From positions 1,398,690-1,462,689 of the forward strand of contig NZ_CP011047.1 of the NCBI RefSeq assembly GCF_000982825.1: a DNA stretch of 64,000 nucleotides. The letters are read 5' to 3'. Positions within the stretch are counted from its first letter, which is position 1. Each line of letters begins with the position of its first letter. The notes under the pieces were generated by a model that saw only the letters and a program-made list of their open reading frames with translations, was not told the DNA's origin and searched no databases. Origin of the DNA: Cronobacter sakazakii. GTDB taxonomy: Bacteria; Pseudomonadota; Gammaproteobacteria; Enterobacterales; Enterobacteriaceae. A program made the translations under genes and the position numbers. Below, piece by piece: positions 57,811 through 64,000 of the stretch.

Positions 57811-59118
57811 ATGCCCTTTCTCACTTCTACCGATAAAGCTCTCTGGCGCCTCGCGCTGCCAATGATTTTCTCAAATATCACCGTGCCGCTCTTAGGCCTG
57901 GTGGATACCGCCGTTATTGGTCATCTCGACAGCCCCGTCTATCTGGGCGGCGTCGCGGTGGGCGCTACCGCCACCAGTTTCCTGTTTATGCTGCTGCTCT
58001 TTTTACGCATGAGCACCACCGGGCTAACCGCGCAGGCGTTTGGCGCGCGCGATCCGGTAGCGCTGGCCCGCGCCCTGGTGCAACCTATGGCGCTGGCGCT
58101 GATTGCCGGCGTGCTGATCATCGCCCTGCGCGAGCCGCTGATACAGCTGGCGCTGCATGTTACCGGCGGCAGCGACGCGGTGCTGACGCAGGCCCGACGG
58201 TTTCTCGAAATCCGCTGGCTCAGTGCGCCCGCCTCGCTCGCTAATCTGGTGTTGCTTGGCTGGCTGTTAGGGGTGCAGTACTCCCGCGCGCCGGTGATCC
58301 TGCTGGTGGTCGGCAATCTGCTTAATATCGTGCTCGATCTCTGGTTCGTGATGGGGCTTGGCCTTAACGTCCAGGGCGCGGCGCTGGCGACGGCGCTGGC
58401 AGAGTACGCGACGCTTGGTATCGGTCTTGTGATGGCGGCCCGCGTGCTGCGCCTGCGCGGTATTACCCTTTCGATGCTGAAAACCGCGTGGCGCGGCGGC
58501 GTTGGCAGGCTGCTTGCGCTTAACCGCGACATCATGCTGCGCTCGCTGCTGTTGCAACTCTGCTTCGGTTCCATCACGGTGTTTGGCGCACGGCTCGGCA
58601 GCGATATCGTCGCGGTGAACGCCATTCTGATGACACTCCTGACCTTCACCGCCTATGCGCTTGATGGCTTCGCCTATGCCGTAGAAGCCCATGCCGGGCA
58701 GGCCTTCGGCGCGCAGGATAAATCGCAGCTGAGCAGCGTCTGGCGCGCGGCATGCCGACAAGCAGGGATGGTGGCGCTGGCGTTCGCGCTGCTGTATGCC
58801 GTGGCGGGGCAGTACATTGTGTCACTGCTCACGTCATTACCTTCGCTTCAGGCGCTGGCGAAGCCCTATCTCTTCTGGCAGGCCATCCTGCCGGTGGTCG
58901 GCGTCTGGTGTTATCTGCTGGATGGTATGTTTATCGGCGCGACGCGCGGGGCGGAGATGCGTAACAGCATGGCCGTCGCGGCGCTCGGTTTTGGCCTGAC
59001 GCTGCTCACCTTGCCAGAGCTTGGCAACCACGGCCTGTGGCTGGCGCTCACCGTTTTCCTGGCGCTGCGTGGGTTGTCGCTCGGCTATTTATGGCGCCGG
59101 GGGCGTCTTTTGCACTGA
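57811..59118 (+). CDS. dinF: MATE-family efflux protein DinF
   Basis: 435 aa, 12 TM. MPFLTSTDKALWRLALPMIFSNITVPLLGLVDTAVIGHL... matches E. coli DinF. It lies downstream of lexA, as in E. coli. Confidence 0.9.
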   Translation: MPFLTSTDKALWRLALPMIFSNITVPLLGLVDTAVIGHLDSPVYLGGVAVGATATSFLFMLLLFLRMSTTGLTAQAFGARDPVALARALVQPMALALIAGVLIIALREPLIQLALHVTGGSDAVLTQARRFLEIRWLSAPASLANLVLLGWLLGVQYSRAPVILLVVGNLLNIVLDLWFVMGLGLNVQGAALATALAEYATLGIGLVMAARVLRLRGITLSMLKTAWRGGVGRLLALNRDIMLRSLLLQLCFGSITVFGARLGSDIVAVNAILMTLLTFTAYALDGFAYAVEAHAGQAFGAQDKSQLSSVWRAACRQAGMVALAFALLYAVAGQYIVSLLTSLPSLQALAKPYLFWQAILPVVGVWCYLLDGMFIGATRGAEMRNSMAVAALGFGLTLLTLPELGNHGLWLALTVFLALRGLSLGYLWRRGRLLH

Positions 59119-59325
59119 ATATCTCTGATACAGCGCCTCAACAGTAAAAGAAAATTTGTCGGTGTCAGCGCTTCGTTATGGTTAAAGATTCTGAATATCC
59201 CGCCAGGGTTAAAATTGACGTCTAAAATGAGTAGTACGTTCAGCAAATGATGAAGATGACTCGGGCTGAACCCCCACAGGAAAACCTGTGAGACTGATTC
59301 ACTACCGAATGTTAAGGAGACGTCT

Positions 59326-59535
59326 ATGAACAGAGATGAAGCTGGCGGTAACTGGAAACAGTTTAAAGGTAAAGTGAAAGAGCAATGGGGTAAATTAACC
59401 GACGATGATATGACCATCATCGAAGGGAAACGTGACCAACTGGTAGGTAAAATCCAGGAACGTTACGGTTACGCGAAAGATGAAGCCGACAAGGAAGTGA
59501 CTGACTGGGAAAGCCGCCACGATTACCGCTGGTAA
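59326..59535 (+). CDS. yjbJ: CsbD-family general stress protein YjbJ
   Basis: 69 aa, MNRDEAGGNWKQFKGKVKEQWGKLTDDDMTIIEGKRDQLVGKIQERYGYAKDEA... Confidence 0.9.
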   Translation: MNRDEAGGNWKQFKGKVKEQWGKLTDDDMTIIEGKRDQLVGKIQERYGYAKDEADKEVTDWESRHDYRW

Positions 59536-59614
59536 TCGGGCCACCACCTCAAACGGTATTTTCCCTCTGAGGCTGCCCTGCCCACCGGTACAAGGATGTA
59601 CCACCCAACCTGAT

Positions 59615-60136
59615 TCAACGTCCTTTCTTTTTCACCGTAATGCTGTGGTCGTGACCACACTGTCCCTGATGGCGACACGCCTCAACTTCTGCACACGCCG
59701 CACACAGCCCATGCGCTTCAATCACGTTATGACGCAGCGCAAAGCCCATTCTGGCTGCCAGCGCATGCATAATATCTTCCACACCTTCCGCTGCCTCTTC
59801 TTTTACCACGCCGCATCTGTCGCAGATAAACATCGCGGAAGTATGCGCCGGGTTATCAAATAAGTGGCACAGCACATAGCTATTGGTGGACTCCACCTTA
59901 TGCACGAACCCCTGCTCCAGCAGAAAATCAAGCGCGCGGTAAACGGTGGGCGGTTTCGCCTGCGGTTCGCTTTCGCGTAATAAATCGAGCAGATCATAAG
60001 CGCTTATCGCGCCCGGCTGGATGGTCATCAGGCGCAGCACTTCGAGGCGCTGCGGAGTCAGGCGCACATTACGTTGCTGGCAGAGCTTTTCAGCCTGCGC
60101 CAGAACTTCCTGCGAAATCGTCGTATCCATCGGCAT
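59615..60136 (-). CDS. zur: zinc uptake regulator Zur (Fur family)
   Basis: 173 aa with ...VRLTPQRLEVLRLM... and a C-terminal Cys/His cluster. It is colinear with E. coli Zur. Confidence 0.9.
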   Translation of the reverse strand: MPMDTTISQEVLAQAEKLCQQRNVRLTPQRLEVLRLMTIQPGAISAYDLLDLLRESEPQAKPPTVYRALDFLLEQGFVHKVESTNSYVLCHLFDNPAHTSAMFICDRCGVVKEEAAEGVEDIMHALAARMGFALRHNVIEAHGLCAACAEVEACRHQGQCGHDHSITVKKKGR

Positions 60137-60239
60137 CCTCTATGAATCGTGTTGATGTCATCACTTTATCATGAACTGGCTGAAACACCGACATCCCGCC
60201 TGTGTTATACCTTTCAGTGAACATTAACCGGGGGTTTAT

Positions 60240-60746
60240 ATGCATACGCGGCCTGAATGTATTTGTCACTGGCAGGAAGTCGAAGGCAACGATGACGCCT
60301 GTTACCCGGACAGCGACGAACTGATGTCCATCGGCGCGCCGCTGGCGAAGCGTACCGGGCTCACGCGGCTCGGCATTCATCATGAGCGCCTGCCGCCGGG
60401 GCGTCGCACGTCTTACCCGCATGCGGAAAGCAGCGAAGAAGAGTTTGTTTATGTGCTCGAAGGGTTTCCGGATGTCTGGCTCAACGGCGAGCTGTGGCCG
60501 TTAAAACCGGGCGACAGCGTCGGCTTCCCGGCAGGCACCGGCCTTTGCCACACCTTTATCAATAACACCGACAGCGAAGTCCGGTTACTGGTGGTGGGCG
60601 AGGCGAACAAACCGGAAAACCGCATTTACTATCCGCTTAACGGCCCTTACGCCGCCACGCGCCCGGATCGCTGGATAGACCACCCGCCACAATTTTTTGG
60701 CCCACACGACGGCTTACCTACACGAATTAAGAACCCTAATCTATAA
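60240..60746 (+). CDS. cupin-domain protein
   Basis: 168 aa with a GGGGG RBS. The two-His cupin motifs are ...GIHHERLPPGRRTSYPHAESSEEEFVYVLEG... and ...GDSVGFPAGTGLCHTF... Confidence 0.55.
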   Translation: MHTRPECICHWQEVEGNDDACYPDSDELMSIGAPLAKRTGLTRLGIHHERLPPGRRTSYPHAESSEEEFVYVLEGFPDVWLNGELWPLKPGDSVGFPAGTGLCHTFINNTDSEVRLLVVGEANKPENRIYYPLNGPYAATRPDRWIDHPPQFFGPHDGLPTRIKNPNL

Positions 60747-60894
60747 ATAATGAGGGCGATCACGAAACGAGCCCGGTAGTGCCGTTGAGCTTTTAGCCTC
60801 AACCTCTGGCGTAGTGCGTTCTTCACAACAGAAATCGTCTCTGTCATGAACTGACAGAGGATGTCATTCATGTCGCTAATAAGCAGGGTAAACA

Positions 60895-62175
60895 GTGAAA
60901 AATATAATCAAACCTTCAGTGGCAGCCGTCGCCCTTTCTCTGGTGATGGCCAATCAGGCGAGTGCAGCCAATACCTGGGCGCAGGCGCGTAACGATGCGA
61001 TGGGCGGCACCGGCGTGGCGTCAGCCGATTACGGCAGCGGCGCGTTAATTAACCCGGCATTACTGGCACGTTCACAGCCAGAAGATGACATTACGGTAAT
61101 TTTGCCGGCATTACAGGCGCAAATTACCGATAAAGACAACCTCGAAGATGAGATAGACCATATCAGCGACCGCGTCGATTATTATCGCGATGTGGTCAAC
61201 AGCCTGACGCCGGGCGATATCGCGGCGAACCCGATTGGCACGCTGCGCCAGTTCCAGGGCGCGGCGCGTGAACTGGGCGACGAGCTGGAATACCTGCGCG
61301 GTAAAACGGCAAGCGCACGTGCGGCGGGCGGCATCGCGGTGAGTATTCCAAACGACGTGCTGGCGGTGGCGTTTGTGGCGAAAGCCTATGCGCATGCGCG
61401 TGTCAGCACCCGTGTGGATCAAAGCGATATCGACTATCTGCGCCGCATTCAGAACGATGATATTTACGCAGGCACACAGATCATCAACGCTGCGATTAAC
61501 GGCTCTGACGCTATCACCGATCGCCTGACGTCTACCGCGTTTGGCCGCGCGGCGATCGTTTCTGATTACGGCGTGGCGTTTGCGCATCAGTTCCAGGTAG
61601 GCGACGTGCCGGTTTCCGTCGGCGTTACGCCGAAGCTGCAGAAAACCTGGCTCTATAACTACACGGCTTCGATTTATAACTACGACAGCAGCGACTGGAA
61701 CAGCTCGCGCTATCGCAACGATGACACTGGCTTCAACGTTGATGCGGGTGTGGCAGCGGATTTCGGCCCGAACTGGACCGTGGGCGTGAGCGGGCAGAAC
61801 CTGATGTCGCGTGATATCGATACCAAAGAGGTTAACGGGTATAAAGATACTTATCAGATCTCGCCGCTGGTGACGGCGGGCGTGGCCTGGCATAACGATC
61901 TGGTGACCCTGAGCGCCGATGGCGATCTGACGGAAACCAAAGGTTTTAAGAGCGAAGAAAACTCGCAGTTCGTCGGCGTGGGTGCCGAGGTGCGTCCGCT
62001 TAGCTGGCTGGCGGTGCGCGCCGGTTATCGCGCGGACGTGAAAGATAACGAGAGCAACGTGTTTACTGCGGGCGTCGGTTTCGCGCCGTTTAACCGCGTG
62101 CATCTCGATCTGACCGGCATCGTTGGTGAAGACGAAACCTGGGGCGCAGGCGCGCAGTTGAGCCTGACCTTCTGA
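60895..62175 (+). CDS. outer-membrane beta-barrel protein of the chromosomal TraF-like family
   Basis: 426 aa. GTG start. Signal peptide MKNIIKPSVAAVALSLVMANQASA. The alternating amphipathic pattern ends in a C-terminal ...GAGAQLSLTF, which is the aromatic terminus typical of OM barrels. Confidence 0.55.
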   Translation: MKNIIKPSVAAVALSLVMANQASAANTWAQARNDAMGGTGVASADYGSGALINPALLARSQPEDDITVILPALQAQITDKDNLEDEIDHISDRVDYYRDVVNSLTPGDIAANPIGTLRQFQGAARELGDELEYLRGKTASARAAGGIAVSIPNDVLAVAFVAKAYAHARVSTRVDQSDIDYLRRIQNDDIYAGTQIINAAINGSDAITDRLTSTAFGRAAIVSDYGVAFAHQFQVGDVPVSVGVTPKLQKTWLYNYTASIYNYDSSDWNSSRYRNDDTGFNVDAGVAADFGPNWTVGVSGQNLMSRDIDTKEVNGYKDTYQISPLVTAGVAWHNDLVTLSADGDLTETKGFKSEENSQFVGVGAEVRPLSWLAVRAGYRADVKDNESNVFTAGVGFAPFNRVHLDLTGIVGEDETWGAGAQLSLTF

Positions 62176-62180
62176 CCATG

Positions 62181-62201
62181 TGCAGGGGCGCAATGCGCCC
62201 C
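62181..62201 (+). terminator. stem-loop downstream of the TraF-like gene
   Basis: CAGGGGCGCA ATG CGCCCCTG, an 8-9 bp stem. The downstream U-tract is weak. Confidence 0.45.
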
Positions 62202-62265
62202 TGCCTGAAGTTTGTGCTATAGTAGCGCCCCTTTTTCAGCCCGAACTTCGACTCGCTTAGCTATT

Positions 62266-63261
62266 ATGACGTCCACATCCCGTAACGCTTTTCCCGCCCA
62301 TCGTTTTTCCATCGCGCCGATGCTCGACTGGACCGATCGCCATTGCCGCTATTTCCTGCGCCAGCTCTCATCGCAGGTGCTGCTCTATACCGAAATGGTG
62401 ACGACCGGCGCGATCATTCATGGCAAAGGGGATTACCTCGCCTATAGCGAAGAGGAACATCCGGTGGCGTTACAGCTCGGCGGGAGCGATCCGGCGGCGC
62501 TGGCGCACTGCGCGAAGCTTGCCGAGGCGCGCGGCTATGACGAGATAAACCTTAACGTCGGCTGCCCGTCCGACCGTGTCCAGAATGGCCGCTTCGGCGC
62601 CTGCCTGATGGGCGAGGCGCAACTTGTCGCCGATTGCATTAAGGCGATGCGCGACGTGGTCTCCATTCCGGTGACGGTGAAAACCCGTATCGGCATCGAC
62701 GACCAGGACAGCTACGAATTCCTCTGCGATTTCGTCGGCACCGTGGCGGAGCAGGGCGGCTGCGACACCTTTATTATTCATGCGCGTAAGGCGTGGCTCT
62801 CCGGCCTGAGCCCAAAAGAGAACCGCGAAATCCCGCCGCTGGATTACCCGCGCGTTTATCAGCTCAAGCGCGATTTTCCGAAGCTTACGATGTCGATTAA
62901 CGGCGGCATCAAAACGCTGGATGACGTGAAAACGCACCTTGAACATATGGATGGCGTGATGGTGGGCCGCGAGGCGTATCAGAATCCGGGGATCCTAGCG
63001 TCGGTCGATCGCGAAATCTTCGGGCTTGATGTGCCGGATACCGATCCGGTGGCGGTAGTGCGCGCCATGTATCCGTACATTGAGCGTGAGCTGGCGAAAG
63101 GCACGTATCTGGGTCACGTCACTCGCCATATGCTCGGCCTGTTCCAGGGCATTCCCGGCGCGCGGCAGTGGCGCCGCTATCTCAGCGAAAACGCCCATAA
63201 GCCTGGCGCGGATATTAACGTGCTGGAGCAGGCGTTAAAGCTGGTGGCCGACAAACGTTAA
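62266..63261 (+). CDS. dusA: tRNA-dihydrouridine(20/20a) synthase DusA
   Basis: ...[22 protein letters not shown]...[38 protein letters not shown]... is near-identical to E. coli DusA. The start is uncertain. The ORF-track TTG at 62212 lies inside the preceding hairpin, so I chose the ATG at 62266 (MTSTSRNAF...). It has no good SD. Confidence 0.85.
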   Translation: MTSTSRNAFPAHRFSIAPMLDWTDRHCRYFLRQLSSQVLLYTEMVTTGAIIHGKGDYLAYSEEEHPVALQLGGSDPAALAHCAKLAEARGYDEINLNVGCPSDRVQNGRFGACLMGEAQLVADCIKAMRDVVSIPVTVKTRIGIDDQDSYEFLCDFVGTVAEQGGCDTFIIHARKAWLSGLSPKENREIPPLDYPRVYQLKRDFPKLTMSINGGIKTLDDVKTHLEHMDGVMVGREAYQNPGILASVDREIFGLDVPDTDPVAVVRAMYPYIERELAKGTYLGHVTRHMLGLFQGIPGARQWRRYLSENAHKPGADINVLEQALKLVADKR

Positions 63262-63288
63262 GTTCACCAGAATATCGTCAATTTCACT

Positions 63289-63323
63289 AACGCCCCGGAT
63301 GACATACCGGGGCGTTTCTTTTG
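63289..63323 (+). terminator. dusA terminator
   Basis: AACGCCCCGG ATGACATA CCGGGGCGTT followed by TCTTTTG. Confidence 0.85.
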
Positions 63324-63341
63324 AATTCAGTAAGTTAAATC

Positions 63342-63357
63342 TGGCACGAAACTTGTA
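63342..63357 (+). promoter_or_regulatory. sigma-54 promoter of pspG
   Basis: TGGCACGAAACTTGTA, with GG at -24 and a TTGT -12 element. E. coli pspG is a PspF/sigma-54 target. Confidence 0.7.
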
Positions 63358-63391
63358 AAAGCAGGGCATAACGTTTTTAAGGAGAACGAGA

Positions 63392-63652
63392 ATGTTTGAA
63401 CTGCTGTTTGTGGTGGCTTTCTTTCTGATGCTGCTGGCGACCGGCGTGTCGCTTATCGGGATTATCGCCGCGCTGATGGTGGCAACGCTGGTGATGTTTT
63501 TCGGTGGCGTGTTCGCGCTGATGATTAAAGTGTTGCCGTGGCTGCTGCTGGCAGTGGCGGTGGTGTGGGTGATCCGCAGCGTGAAGGCCCCGAAAGTGCC
63601 CGAGTATCGTCGCACCTCACGTTACAGCCGGACGAATCGCTGGCGTTACTGA
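63392..63652 (+). CDS. pspG: phage shock protein G
   Basis: 86 aa, MFELLFVVAFFLMLLATGVSLIGIIAALMVATLVMFFGGVFALMIKVLPWLLLAVAVVWVI..., matches E. coli PspG. Confidence 0.9.
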   Translation: MFELLFVVAFFLMLLATGVSLIGIIAALMVATLVMFFGGVFALMIKVLPWLLLAVAVVWVIRSVKAPKVPEYRRTSRYSRTNRWRY

Positions 63653-63654
63653 TA

Positions 63655-63693
63655 AGTTGCGGGGTTGATCACAACCTCGCAACTTTCCATGTT
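63655..63693 (+). terminator. hairpin after pspG
   Basis: AAGTTGCGGGG TTGATCACAA CCTCGCAACTT followed by TCC. The T-tract is weak. Confidence 0.45.
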
Positions 63694-63799
63694 ACTTTGC
63701 GCGCTAAGCCATGTTTTTTAACGGGCCTGTCTGGCACTATGTCAGCCGTGTTACCGAATTCATCAGCGCTGTACCCTACATATAGCGCAAACAATAAAA

Positions 63800-63830
63800 A
63801 GAAAGGGCTTCCTGCGGGAAGCCCTAATTC
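63800..63830 (-). terminator. qorA terminator
   Basis: On the minus strand: AGGGCTTCC CGC AGGAAGCCCT followed by TTCTTTTTATTG. Confidence 0.8.
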
Positions 63831-63832
63831 TT

Positions 63833-64000
63833 TCAGGGAATCAACAGACTGGAGCCTTGCGTGCAGCGGCTTTCCAGCGTCTTATGGGCGCGCGCGGCGT
63901 CTTCGAGCGCAAACTTCTGGCTCTGCGCCACCTCCACTTTAATCACCCCGCTGGCGATAAGCGAAAAGAGCTCGTTACTGGCTTCTTCCAGCTCGGCACG
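63833..64000 (-). CDS. qorA: quinone oxidoreductase QorA, C-terminal fragment; the gene continues past the window
   Basis: The reverse complement translates to ...RAELEEASNELFSLIASGVIKVEVAQSQKFALEDAARAHKTLESRCTQGSSLLIP*, matching the E. coli Qor C-terminus. Confidence 0.85.
   Translation of the reverse strand, partial: RAELEEASNELFSLIASGVIKVEVAQSQKFALEDAARAHKTLESRCTQGSSLLIP

Overview
This 64-kb window is a chromosomal segment from an Enterobacteriaceae genome. I judge it Enterobacter-like from the 16S V3 stretch GGTGTTGTGGTTAATAACCGCAGCAATTGACG and from family-specific REP elements of the type GGTGGGTGCGCTGCGCTTACCCACCCTAC. GC content is roughly 57-58%, which is an estimate. Almost everything is recognisable core metabolism and information processing.

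Gene order along the window:
- 1-7.5 kb: trkA end, rsmB, fmt, def on the minus strand; dprA, smg, yrdD, tsaC, aroE, yrdB on the plus strand; yrdA on the minus strand.
- 7.5-13.0 kb: a complete rRNA operon (P1/P2, 16S, tRNA-Glu, 23S, 5S, terminator).
- 13.3-24.3 kb: metA, aceB-aceA-aceK, iclR, metH.
- 24.7-26.4 kb: yjbB.
- 26.4-34.6 kb: an accessory block, described below.
- 34.6-42.7 kb: lysC with its lysine riboswitch, pgi, yjbEFGH.
- 42.9-44.1 kb: a hexapeptide acyltransferase plus an Asp/Glu-racemase-family gene.
- 44.3-52.2 kb: malGFE, malK, lamB, malM.
- 52.4-63.7 kb: ubiCA, plsB, dgkA, lexA, dinF, yjbJ, zur, a cupin gene, a TraF-like outer-membrane barrel, dusA, pspG.
- 63.8-64.0 kb: qorA end.

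The region I would look at first is 26.4-34.6 kb, which sits between yjbB and lysC. Relative to the E. coli K-12 order it holds:
- two divergently oriented type II toxin-antitoxin modules, in place of the K-12 pepE-rluF genes;
- a BASS-family transporter;
- a non-canonical Rtc RNA-repair locus, arranged as rtcR, then a sigma-54 promoter, a ~320-nt structured leader, an SPFH/band-7 gene, rtcB, and a minimal Pol-beta-type nucleotidyltransferase. There is no rtcA.

Three further observations stand out:
- dprA is cut short by an in-frame amber codon.
- The rRNA operon has an rrnD-type upstream flank (yrdA) but an rrnE-type spacer (tRNA-Glu) and downstream flank (metA), which is consistent with an rrn-mediated inversion relative to E. 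coli MG1655.
- There are five REP/BIME clusters, two of them tandemly amplified.

No CRISPR array, IS element or integrase is visible. All product calls come from reading the translations and recalling homologs. No database search was run.
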